Assembly: GCA_002293825.1 (NCBI GenBank) | Contig: DBDW01000001.1 | Location: 3,314-67,313, forward strand | DNA length: 64,000 nucleotides | Direction: 5' to 3' | DNA from: Candidatus Magasanikbacteria bacterium UBA922 | GTDB lineage: Bacteria > Patescibacteriota > Patescibacteriia > Magasanikbacterales > UBA922 | Shown here: positions 28,890-37,462 of the stretch, piece by piece | How the letters are laid out: each line of letters begins with the position of its first letter | How positions within the stretch are numbered: the first letter of the stretch is position 1 | Notes under the pieces: model-generated | The model's input: the letters and a program-made list of their open reading frames with translations, nothing else | Told to the model about the DNA's origin: nothing | Databases searched by the model: none | Program-made: the position numbers and the translations under genes

Positions 28890-30125
28890 TTACTTAAAAA
28901 TTTTGTTTAATATTTTATCTCTTAATTTTGACAAAGTTTGAATTTCAAAAAAATTTAGTTTTATCTTTCCAAATTGAGAAGAGACAGTATTACTAAATAA
29001 ATTAAGAATATCACTGTTTGGTATATTGATTTCAATATTTGAAAAAACGCCTGTATTTACATTTAGAGTTGCAGAACCTCCACCGCCGATCATTTGCAAA
29101 TCACTACTCATTGATTTCAATACAAAATACAAATATTGTAAAATATGTTCATCTTTAGGAATAATTGAATTTATTTGCTGATTTGTTTGAGAAGCTTCTG
29201 TGGTTATGGAAACTAAACCAACGGTTGCAATACAACTTACACAAATCGAATTTTCTGGCACATATTTATTTCTTTGTGTATCTGCACCAGATAGAGTCAA
29301 TGAATCTTCTGTTTTAACTATAAACATTTGACCATGCATGTCTGGAATTTTAATAAATGGAACTTGTCCTCCAAAAAATTCTTGATTTGATTTTGACGGA
29401 GTTTTGCCGCAGACAATATCTCCGATATCCCCCAACTTCCCAACCCTCCATCCCTCCGGAATCATCCCAAGCTCAGAATCAACCATCTTCCCTGTCGCAC
29501 CTGGAAATCTGAAATCCACAAACCATTCTTTGAAGAGTGTCTGTGCGATACTTTCGAGTGTATTATTTTCTTTTCGCAGCAGCTCGATCTTGTCGTCGAG
29601 ACTTCCGAGGATTGCGGCGATTTCGCGTTGTTCGGAGAGAGGTGGAAGTAAAAATTCATAGTCTCCAATTTTTGTAGGTGACGTATGCTTAACAGTACTG
29701 CCCGTTGCAGAATTCACAATAGACTTCTGATAATCTCTTGTTCTCATCAGATAGTAAATGAAATCTTTAGATACTTCATCTTCATTAACTTCTACAAGAC
29801 CAACTCGTTGATTATGCAAAAATATTTTATCACTTTTATCTGGTATTAATGCGGGGAAACCTAAGGTATCACCCTCCTTACTCAAATCTGTCATTGTTAC
29901 CACCAAATCCCCCGCCTTTAAGACGTATTCATCAGGAATTGGCCCATCATAGTACTTTTTGCCATCCTTCCAGCCTCCCCCAATCAAAAAATTACCTGGT
30001 GTAAGTAGAATATTTTTTGTCTCCTTAGTTGAAAAATATTCACCTTTAAAAGCAAAACCATGTTTTATACTGACTATGTCACCAAGCTTTATTGTTTTCC
30101 AATTTTTTGATGAGGTGAGGGGCAT
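28890..30125 (-). CDS. hsdS: Type I restriction-modification specificity subunit (two target-recognition domains)
   Basis: 411 aa with duplicated TRD architecture and conserved central and C-terminal spacer helices. Confidence 0.9.
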   Translation of the reverse strand: MPLTSSKNWKTIKLGDIVSIKHGFAFKGEYFSTKETKNILLTPGNFLIGGGWKDGKKYYDGPIPDEYVLKAGDLVVTMTDLSKEGDTLGFPALIPDKSDKIFLHNQRVGLVEVNEDEVSKDFIYYLMRTRDYQKSIVNSATGSTVKHTSPTKIGDYEFLLPPLSEQREIAAILGSLDDKIELLRKENNTLESIAQTLFKEWFVDFRFPGATGKMVDSELGMIPEGWRVGKLGDIGDIVCGKTPSKSNQEFFGGQVPFIKIPDMHGQMFIVKTEDSLTLSGADTQRNKYVPENSICVSCIATVGLVSITTEASQTNQQINSIIPKDEHILQYLYFVLKSMSSDLQMIGGGGSATLNVNTGVFSNIEINIPNSDILNLFSNTVSSQFGKIKLNFFEIQTLSKLRDKILNKIFK

Positions 30126-30127
30126 AT

Positions 30128-30634
30128 TTATTTAACACCAATCATTTTTCTAAATTCATCTGCAATTTTTTCTTCTTGCAACACCAAATCTGTTCTCATC
30201 TTTTCAGCAAGTTCATCCCATAATCTCGCATTTGGAATTTCACCTATTGGATGCGCCTCATACACAAAGTCAACAAAAAGCTTTCTATAATCATCTCGCA
30301 ATATGTCCATATTTTTACACAGATTCTTTGGTAAATAATGCTTCTTGGCATGATAGTATCTTATAAAATCATTAAATAGATTACTTGCTTTTGTTCGACG
30401 TTCAAATTCTGCATCCTGAGAACCATCATCTTGTTGAAAGATTGACACAAGCTCAGACATGGATTGCTTTAAAGATTCCATTTTTTCCATCAGACTATCA
30501 AAAACCTCTCCACGCTTTGTATACAGTCCGGATTCTTTGATAGCACGAATTTGTGTTCGATGATTCATCCATCCAGTAACTACAGCTGCCACCAAACCAG
30601 AACTAAACACTGATAATACAATAGTTTGCAAGTC
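30128..30634 (-). CDS. Hypothetical protein with N-terminal TM helix (169 aa), embedded in the R-M locus
   Basis: Start at MDLQTIVLSVFSSGLVAAVVTGW; the ORF-track start at 30700 is probably too early. Confidence 0.5.
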   Translation of the reverse strand, partial: DLQTIVLSVFSSGLVAAVVTGWMNHRTQIRAIKESGLYTKRGEVFDSLMEKMESLKQSMSELVSIFQQDDGSQDAEFERRTKASNLFNDFIRYYHAKKHYLPKNLCKNMDILRDDYRKLFVDFVYEAHPIGEIPNARLWDELAEKMRTDLVLQEEKIADEFRKMIGVK

Positions 30635-30641
30635 CATATAA

Positions 30642-30890
30642 TTAATTCCAACCCATTTTATACAACATAAAACCTCCAACAAGGAGAACAAAAAGTCCAA
30701 TTAAAACTTGCCCCCACCATATTTGATACCATTTTTCTGTACGCCCCGCACCATCATCAAAACTATTTCCTCGTGCAAAAGTATTTTCCCCTTCATCTTG
30801 AATTCCAACATCAAATCCTGAAAAAGAGTTGTTAATAAATTTATTATTTTTTCCCCTATTGAGGACGCCCACACTCTTTTTTTGTGTCAT
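30642..30890 (-). CDS. Hypothetical tail-anchored small membrane protein (82 aa, C-terminal TM)
   Basis: WYQIWWGQVLIGLFVLLVGGFMLY hydrophobic C-terminus; 7 nt upstream of the next gene. Confidence 0.4.
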   Translation of the reverse strand: MTQKKSVGVLNRGKNNKFINNSFSGFDVGIQDEGENTFARGNSFDDGAGRTEKWYQIWWGQVLIGLFVLLVGGFMLYKMGWN

Positions 30891-30977
30891 AAAATTTATT
30901 TTAAGATTCTGTTCTCACTATATACGTCTTAAAAAACTTCTTAATCGTCTCAACTGTTACACCCCTTATCTCGCTCA

Positions 30978-32168
30978 CTAATTATTTTTATTAAGCGATT
31001 GTGGAATAAACCCATTTTTCTCAAGTGATGTAATCACACTTCGTAATAGATAATTATTATTGAATCCAATCGTATAAATACGACCATTCTCATTGATTGA
31101 TTGAAGCATTTTTTTATCCAACAATTTTCTAATAATGCGCGATCGTTGCACTGAAGATTCCTGACCAATCACCTTCTCAAGATCTGCAGATTTAATCGTC
31201 ATTTTCTTGGAACGAATGACTGCTTTCAGAATTTCATACTCTCGGTCCGTGATCATCTTCTTTTCTAGTGCGTCAGTAATAGATGGGAGGAGGATTTTCT
31301 CGACCACATAGTGTATATTCAATAATCGATCAATTTTTTCTATTTCATCTTTTAATCCTCCAAGCACATACTCACACCACGCAAGCACATGCTCTGTTTT
31401 TCCTGTATCAGCGAGTGCCAGCATGTCATAATATTTTTGGCGATCCATACAGAATATAGCGGTCGGATTGAGAATCCGCCCCGCCTTTACTTGAAAATTT
31501 TGTTTGATAAGCATTGCATAGGTAAACATGCGTACCATACGACCGTTTCCATTATCAAATGGATGTACCCAGGTCATGCGATGATGAGCAAGTGCGGTGA
31601 CCAATAAATCATTCTGCAAATCTACCGGAGTATTCACAAATCCTAGTAATTCTTCGAGATATGTCGGTACTTGTATAGGATCAGGAAGTACTACAGTAGC
31701 ACCCTTAATTGAAACAGGTGTCTTTCGCAATTGACCTGGATATTTTGAACCCTCACCATCTGGGGGAGGTGTAAGCCCATCCACAATAATTTTATGAATT
31801 TCTGAAAGATGTGCTCGGGTAATTTTTGTACCATTTTTTATTTGTGCGTCAATAAATTCGATCGCGCGATCAATATTAAAAATTTCCCGTAGTTTTTCTT
31901 CGGTAGTATCTTTAGGCACTTGATCAATAATTTTTTCTACAAATTCAGCAAGCGTAGTTCGATTTCCCTCAATACGCACTGAACCCAAACTTTCCATCCA
32001 CTGAAAAATTTCTTTGAGTTGAAAAAAGATATATGGAGGTACCGCACCACCTAATCTCTTAACCCGTAACTTTTCTAGCTCAACAATAATGCGCGCTAAA
32101 TTCGACCCCCAACTAGGTTCAGGAAGTATCAAAGGGATATCTATAAATGTAACATTTTCATTTGACAT
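30978..32168 (-). CDS. Fic/DOC family protein (AMPylase-type), embedded in the type I R-M locus
   Basis: HPFDNGNGRMVR Fic motif; 396 aa. Confidence 0.9.
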   Translation of the reverse strand: MSNENVTFIDIPLILPEPSWGSNLARIIVELEKLRVKRLGGAVPPYIFFQLKEIFQWMESLGSVRIEGNRTTLAEFVEKIIDQVPKDTTEEKLREIFNIDRAIEFIDAQIKNGTKITRAHLSEIHKIIVDGLTPPPDGEGSKYPGQLRKTPVSIKGATVVLPDPIQVPTYLEELLGFVNTPVDLQNDLLVTALAHHRMTWVHPFDNGNGRMVRMFTYAMLIKQNFQVKAGRILNPTAIFCMDRQKYYDMLALADTGKTEHVLAWCEYVLGGLKDEIEKIDRLLNIHYVVEKILLPSITDALEKKMITDREYEILKAVIRSKKMTIKSADLEKVIGQESSVQRSRIIRKLLDKKMLQSINENGRIYTIGFNNNYLLRSVITSLEKNGFIPQSLNKNN

Positions 32169-32291
32169 AATTTAACACCAATACTTGATAAAATAGCTCT
32201 ATGTAGCTATTTTTTAGCTGAATTTACTATAGCATTATTTATCAAATTATGCAAGAGGTTATTTAACATCAATACATCATTACTACTATCT

Positions 32292-32509
32292 AATGGCAAC
32301 ATTTTTCTTTAATTTGTTGCCATTTAACCAGAGAAGTCAACAAAATTTTACCTTATTTTAGCCAAAATTTTGCATCTTAGTTAAGTATTGATGTGACACT
32401 TAACCAAAAGTAATTTTTATTGCTTAATCTAGCTAAATTTAATCTTCAATGGCAACAATATCGCCTATTTTGTTGACCTTACTCACCTCAGTGGCAACAA
32501 AACTATAAA
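32292..32509. repeat. Cluster of (A/T)ATGGCAACA motifs: three direct copies (about 32292, 32448, 32491) plus one inverted copy (32316-32325) forming a palindrome, inside a 550 bp AT-rich noncoding region
   Basis: Motifs read from sequence; additional hairpins at 32193-32215 and 32380-32404. Confidence 0.5.
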
Positions 32510-32686
32510 ATATCTCATTGTAGCCACATTTTTTGCCTGATAGTTAAAGTCTTTACCTATTGATCAGCAGAGGAGAAAAACTATCCTTTTTTACAAAATG
32601 TGGATAACATCAGTAATTATTGACTTTTTAAGATTTTTTATGTATAGTGTATATACATTTGGCGTCCCACATACGTGGGAAGCTCC

Positions 32687-32718
32687 GCTCCTCGCTCCGG
32701 CGAGGAGCTGTTTTTTTA
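32687..32718 (+). terminator. Strong + strand rho-independent terminator (GCTCCTCGC-TCCG-GCGAGGAGC then T7) with no + strand ORF upstream
   Basis: Perfect 9 bp GC-rich stem and T7; overlaps the stop codon of the convergent mazF-like gene. Confidence 0.65.
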
Positions 32719-33130
32719 TTCAAACTGTTTCCGAAATTCAGTTCGCACACTCATGAATTGTTCACTATCGAGCTTTGATTTTTTGCGCAATAACCGTTTC
32801 GCGCTAATTACCCTTCCTTGAGAAATATTGACACTTCTCACCTCTTCATCAATCACCACATGCATCTGATACCACGGTTTTTCTTCTTTTATCTTCGTAC
32901 TTGTCGGCAAAACAAAGCACATATCTCTCGAATATTTTTTGAGAATCAGCACTGGTCGTTCAAACAAATCATTTTTACCATCCACCTCATATCCAATATT
33001 TTTTTCCCAATGCCGCCCACCATATCTCACGCTCTTCAAAATATACTTCTCTTTTCTCTTGATTCAGATGATGACGAATCTTCTTTTTTGTCCATGCGAC
33101 AAATTTTTCACCCACCTCATACGGAGTCAT
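32716..33130 (-). pseudogene. MazF/PemK-family endoribonuclease toxin gene interrupted by a +1 frameshift in an A7 homopolymer (plus-strand T7 at 32999-33005)
   Basis: The upstream frame encodes ...REVYFEEREIWWAALGK, then a stop. The downstream frame continues NIGYEVDGKNDLFERPVLIL...MCFVLPTSTK.... Removing one A gives a continuous 137 aa MazF-like protein. Confidence 0.6.
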
Positions 33131-33152
33131 ACCTGTAGTAAATAGTAAAAAA

Positions 33153-34697
33153 CTATATCTCAATACCCACTTTTTTCAACTGTTTTTTGATCTCCTCATT
33201 AAGCCTTCCCTCTTCCTCGATCTGCCCTTTGAGCTCTACCGCAAGCTTCCCCATTTTTTCCTCAAACGGAATTCCATCATCAATCGCATCAGTAATCCCA
33301 ACATAGCGACCCGGAGTGAGTACATAATTGTGCTTTTGTACGTCTGCAAGTGTTGCAGATTTAGTGAATCCTTTTTTGTCTTCATACTTCCCATCCTTCG
33401 TTCTCCATTCGTGATAGACACCTGCCACCATTTCTATATCCTCATCACTAAATTCTCGATGCGTACGATCTGCCATGAATCCTACATCTGATGCATCGAT
33501 AAATAATATCTCACCCGTACGTTTCCGATCACCATTTCCGACACGTTTTCGCGAAATAAACCAAATACATGCAGGAATACCAGTGTTGTAGAATAATTGT
33601 TTTGGAAGCATGACAATACAATCGACCAGATCCGCATCTACGAGCGCTTTTCGTATCTCACCCTCACCACTTGATTGTGACGAGAGCGATCCATTTGCAA
33701 GCACACACGCCATTACTCCATGTGGCGAGAGATGGTAAATCATATGCTGAAGCCACGCAAAATTTGCATTGCCTGCCGGAGGCTTGCCATATTGCCAGCG
33801 CGGATCATTCTGTAATAATTCCGCACTCCAGTCTGAAACGTTGAATGGCGGATTTGCCAAGATATAGTCTGCTTTGAGATCCTTGTGTGCATCATTGAGA
33901 AATGATCCTTCAGTATTCCATTTGATTCCACTTCCATCAATGCCACGGATTGCCAAATTCATGCGCGCGAGGCGATACGTGGTCTGATTACTTTCCTGTC
34001 CATAGACTGCCAGATCATCAATTCTCCCCGCATGAGATTTCACAAATTTTTCTGACATGATAAACATTCCCCCACTTCCACAGCATGGATCATAGATGCG
34101 TCCTTTGTAGGGCTCAATCATTTGTACCATCAACTTTACAATTGATTTTGGTGTATAGAATTGACCACCTTTTTTTCCTTCAGCATTAGCAAATTCTCCG
34201 AGGAAATATTCATAGACGCGACCCAATAAATCTTTTGATTTTGCTTCTTCATCTCCGAGTGCAATATTGCCAATAAGATCAATCAATCCTCCGAGTGAGC
34301 CTTTATCAAGATTTGGCCGAGCAAATACTTTGGGCAAAATTCCTTTGAGTTCTGGATTGAGTTTTTCTATTGCTTCCATGGCGCGATCGAGATCTTCTCC
34401 AATCGTCGGCAATTTTGACCGACTATGCAGAAATGACCAGCGTGCTTCTGCTGGCACATAAAACACATGTTCTGCTCGGTATTCATCTATGTCTTCTGGA
34501 TTTGCACCTGTTCCTTTTTCTTTTTCTAGTGTCAGTTTAGCATGAAGTTCTTCAAATGAATCAGAAATATACTTGAGAAATACCAATCCAAGCGCGACAT
34601 TTTTGTATTCTGCTGCATCAATGTTTTTGCGGAGTTTATCCGCTGCTTTAAACAACGTTTTTTCGAAATTTTCTACTGGTTTTTTTTGTTGAGCCAT
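33153..34697 (-). CDS. hsdM: Type I restriction-modification methyltransferase subunit
   Basis: N6-adenine MTase motifs: LANPPFN (NPPF), DPCCGSGGM (motif I). Start at MAQQKK. Confidence 0.95.
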   Translation of the reverse strand: MAQQKKPVENFEKTLFKAADKLRKNIDAAEYKNVALGLVFLKYISDSFEELHAKLTLEKEKGTGANPEDIDEYRAEHVFYVPAEARWSFLHSRSKLPTIGEDLDRAMEAIEKLNPELKGILPKVFARPNLDKGSLGGLIDLIGNIALGDEEAKSKDLLGRVYEYFLGEFANAEGKKGGQFYTPKSIVKLMVQMIEPYKGRIYDPCCGSGGMFIMSEKFVKSHAGRIDDLAVYGQESNQTTYRLARMNLAIRGIDGSGIKWNTEGSFLNDAHKDLKADYILANPPFNVSDWSAELLQNDPRWQYGKPPAGNANFAWLQHMIYHLSPHGVMACVLANGSLSSQSSGEGEIRKALVDADLVDCIVMLPKQLFYNTGIPACIWFISRKRVGNGDRKRTGEILFIDASDVGFMADRTHREFSDEDIEMVAGVYHEWRTKDGKYEDKKGFTKSATLADVQKHNYVLTPGRYVGITDAIDDGIPFEEKMGKLAVELKGQIEEEGRLNEEIKKQLKKVGIEI

Positions 34698-34788
34698 AAT
34701 AAAAAATAGTACTCTCATAGTAGCACCCTGCAGTATATGCGTCAATTTATTCTACTTACCTAAAATCCGCATATTTCAGCTGATTTTC

Positions 34789-34820
34789 GGGGGGGTAGTA
34801 GGGGGTTCGCCCCCCTACCG
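34789..34820. other. G7 homopolymer followed by a GC-rich hairpin with a UUCG tetraloop (GTAGGGGG-TTCG-CCCCCTAC), lying between hsdM and the META-domain gene
   Basis: Read from sequence; a T-rich tract follows on the + strand. Confidence 0.4.
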
Positions 34821-34861
34821 TATATATTATTTTTCAAAAACAGTCACACTACTCCCGCTAC

Positions 34862-35296
34862 TCACTGTCGCACAAATACAAAGATATTCCCCGCTCCCTC
34901 GAGTGTCATCTCTGCACTCGCATGAGTGACCACTGCCCCGAGAGCAAGCATACTCCCCCATGCCTGCTCCATCTCCATAATACCTGCAGGCGACGAACAC
35001 CACATCTTGGTAGACACGAGAAGACTCGAGAGCTGTCCCTCGGCGAGGGTATACTCACCACTCATCGTATTGCACAATCGTATATGGAGACGCCCGTCGA
35101 GAAAAGACAGGAAATACTGCTCACCTAGAGGAATCGACGTATTATTGAATGAGGCGAGGCGATACATCCTCCCATCCAGAGATGTGGTAGGAAGTGTTTT
35201 TTCAGGATGAAATACCGTGCGCATGTACACCAATACACCCACACTTAGAAGTACGAGTAGGCACGCAATCAATCCGATTTTCATAGTGATACGCAT
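34862..35296 (-). CDS. META/HslJ-like domain lipoprotein, GC-rich
   Basis: Signal/TM helix, then CNTMSGEYTLAEGQL...LVSTKMWC pattern of the META domain (PF03724). Confidence 0.55.
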   Translation of the reverse strand: MRITMKIGLIACLLVLLSVGVLVYMRTVFHPEKTLPTTSLDGRMYRLASFNNTSIPLGEQYFLSFLDGRLHIRLCNTMSGEYTLAEGQLSSLLVSTKMWCSSPAGIMEMEQAWGSMLALGAVVTHASAEMTLEGAGNIFVFVRQ

Positions 35297-35431
35297 AGAT
35301 ACTCACTAGTATAATACAGATAGATGTACTCATACAAACACACGATGGTATACAAAAAAACAAAAGACCCTGTATCACTCGGATACAGGGTTACTACACA
35401 TGAGAAGACCGCGAAACCAAGGAGCAGCTGC

Positions 35432-35950
35432 TCACGAGTCTCGCATATCTCCCTCGATGCACACCGCCAGAAACCAGAAATGGCTCGCCCACGTACTCTC
35501 GGGCGCATGACGACGCACACGCACCTCACGAGAAGTGTCTCCACCATCGAGATACATGATCTCACGCGATCCGTCATCGAGAGTGACAGACTCAGAAGCG
35601 AGCGCCACGATCGGGAACCTGCGCTGCAGATTCATGAAGAACGCTCCCAGAGCGAGCAGCTCTCGAGTGTTCGCCGGACGGAGCATGGCGAGCGCGAGGT
35701 GCTTCTCGACCTCATCACTCGTAGCATCTCGTCCCAGATTCACGAGACAGAGCTTCACACGAGCGACCCCCCGATTGTTCGAGGGGAAAAATTCAGCGGT
35801 AGCACGCCAGCACTCCCAGTCATAGCGTCCAGCTCTGATCGCCTGTGTGAAAGACATCTCATAGTCGACCATCATATCAGCCCCCCGATCGAAGAGCGGT
35901 GCATATGCACCCTCGACCACAGGAGCCTGCTCAGCAGTAGTTCTCCCCAT
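35432..35950 (-). CDS. Hypothetical protein (about 172 aa), GC-rich, no recognised domain
   Basis: ATG preceded by GGAGGG; the antisense ORF 35324-35983 is low-complexity and rejected. Confidence 0.45.
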   Translation of the reverse strand: MGRTTAEQAPVVEGAYAPLFDRGADMMVDYEMSFTQAIRAGRYDWECWRATAEFFPSNNRGVARVKLCLVNLGRDATSDEVEKHLALAMLRPANTRELLALGAFFMNLQRRFPIVALASESVTLDDGSREIMYLDGGDTSREVRVRRHAPESTWASHFWFLAVCIEGDMRDS

Positions 35951-36024
35951 CTCACCCTCCACAGCATAAGTCAGCTGTCGTGACAGACACCTGCCGTACA
36001 CGCATCTGACAAGACCACTAGAGA

Positions 36025-36486
36025 CTACACACACCGCAGGATGCGATCAGCATCCGTCCCATCCTCATTGACGAGGGACCATCTGTGCACCCACTGCTCA
36101 CGATCCCACACGAGACAGTTCACGTAAAGCCGATCCGGGCTCAGCCAGTCGGTGAAGATGATGAAGTAGCCCCGCCACTCGACAGGAATTTCTTCCTGAT
36201 AGCGAAGGAGATGCTCAGCATGCATCCGACCCAGATGCGCCATGCGCTCACGCGCACGACGGAACATCGTGTGTCCACTGACGACGGTTTCGTGTGGATT
36301 GAGAAAATTCACCAGCTCGTATCGACGTCCACCGATCAGGGCACTCATCTGAGCAGCTCGCATGATCATCTCATCACAAAACCGTACCACCTCCGCCCGA
36401 TACTCCTCTTTCACGAGCATGTGAAAACGCCGATCCCCGAGACTCTGCACAAAATGTGCAAGGTAATCAAAATCTTTCACATCCAT
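36025..36486 (-). CDS. Hypothetical protein (153 aa), GC-rich, no recognised domain
   Basis: ATG preceded by GGAGGGAG; 74 nt upstream of 35950. Confidence 0.45.
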   Translation of the reverse strand: MDVKDFDYLAHFVQSLGDRRFHMLVKEEYRAEVVRFCDEMIMRAAQMSALIGGRRYELVNFLNPHETVVSGHTMFRRARERMAHLGRMHAEHLLRYQEEIPVEWRGYFIIFTDWLSPDRLYVNCLVWDREQWVHRWSLVNEDGTDADRILRCV

Positions 36487-36646
36487 GACTCACTCCCTCC
36501 GTGAATAGTGACTCGAATGTGTGAAAAATATCACATACCGATAGTATTTTGTCAAGAAAAAACAGGATACAATACTTGACTTTTGAACACAATTACTCTA
36601 GGCTCATTCATGTACGAGTACGGTACTCCAGCCGGAGGGACGTTCT

Positions 36647-36877
36647 ATGAATGTAGGTTCATTTATCTGCAGAATGAGTGGCATATTGTGCATCCTCCCT
36701 GCCATAATCGGAATTCCTCTCACCTTCTATTACGAATCCGGAAGCTCGGAATACGAACACGGTTATCCCTGTCTAGTGATCGCTTTCTTTCTCTCAGCCA
36801 TCTGTCTCATCGCAGGCAGACTAGAAGAAGCTACACAAGAAGAATCAGAAGCTCACCACAAACAAGACGATGGATAA
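36647..36877 (+). CDS. Hypothetical small membrane protein (76 aa, two TM helices)
   Basis: Two hydrophobic segments; followed by a strong terminator. Confidence 0.4.
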   Translation: MNVGSFICRMSGILCILPAIIGIPLTFYYESGSSEYEHGYPCLVIAFFLSAICLIAGRLEEATQEESEAHHKQDDG

Positions 36878-36935
36878 ACACCACTACCCACTCGTGCCCC
36901 TGTAGACACTCGCGCTACAGGGATTCACGATTATA

Positions 36936-36975
36936 CAAAAAACCCTGTACCGTTCTGGTACAGGGTTTTGTGTTT
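36936..36975 (+). terminator. Rho-independent terminator (CCCTGTACC-GTTCT-GGTACAGGG then TTTTGTGTTT); its T-tract overlaps the 3' end of rnpB on the opposite strand
   Basis: Perfect 9 bp stem read from sequence. Confidence 0.6.
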
Positions 36976-37377
36976 CACACGATTCCTATAAGCCGAATTT
37001 TGTTCCCAGCTTGCGCCGGGTGATAATCATTTATCTTGTCCTACTATTACTAGCAGGATCATACACGAACTAACTTTTCGAATCCCGAAATGGGGAAACG
37101 CTGTTCTTTCTCCAGGTAGGGTTTACCGCCATACTGTCTTGCGACAGATGTAGTGTGGTAGCATTGATACGGCGCATATGCTGAACCTATCAATACCTCC
37201 ACACTCTTTTCACCTTTCCCCTGAATCACGAGGATTCAGAGTAGTATTGTCTCTGTGGCACTGTCCCGCATACGATCTCGCGACCGCATGGATGGATGTT
37301 ATCCACTACCCGTGTTCTTGACATAATATCAAGAGGAGTTCGGACTTTCCTCCCGTAGGGGCGATTATCCAGAATCG
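36971..37377 (-). ncRNA. rnpB: RNase P RNA (bacterial type A)
   Basis: 14 bp P1 helix between GTTTCACACGATTC (5') and GAATCGTGTGAAAC (3'). GGGAGGAAAGTCCGAACTCC matches the P4 5' strand. CAGTGCCACAGAGACAATAC matches the conserved P10/11 region. Also GGTGAAAAGAGTG, GGCGGTAAACCC, and ACAAAATTCGGCTTAT matching the P4 3' strand. Confidence 0.85.
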
Positions 37378-37462
37378 TGTGAAACAGGAGAAGGATAGCA
37401 CACGAATGCGTAGTTGTCAATCGATACAGTCCAAAAAAATTGAGAAATAAAAAATCTATGTT

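Noticed and set aside
32290-32330. Sigma-54 promoter suggested by the TGGCAAC motif
   Set aside because: The GG-N10-GC spacing of -24/-12 elements is not satisfied. The motif is better described as a repeated box or palindrome.
32716-33039. Treating the 107 aa TTG-start ORF as an intact short MazF
   Set aside because: It lacks the N-terminal EIW beta-strand of the MazF fold. That strand is encoded perfectly in the adjacent frame just upstream of an A7 run, so a frameshifted longer gene is the better model.
35324-35983. 219 aa + strand ORF
   Set aside because: Ser/Arg/His-rich low-complexity translation antisense to a better ORF with a Shine-Dalgarno.
36583-37023. 146 aa + strand ORF
   Set aside because: Arg/Ser-rich, runs through the terminator and into rnpB. 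The nested 76 aa two-TM ORF in another frame is more plausible.
37226-37420. 64 aa minus-strand ORF
   Set aside because: Lies entirely inside the RNase P RNA gene.
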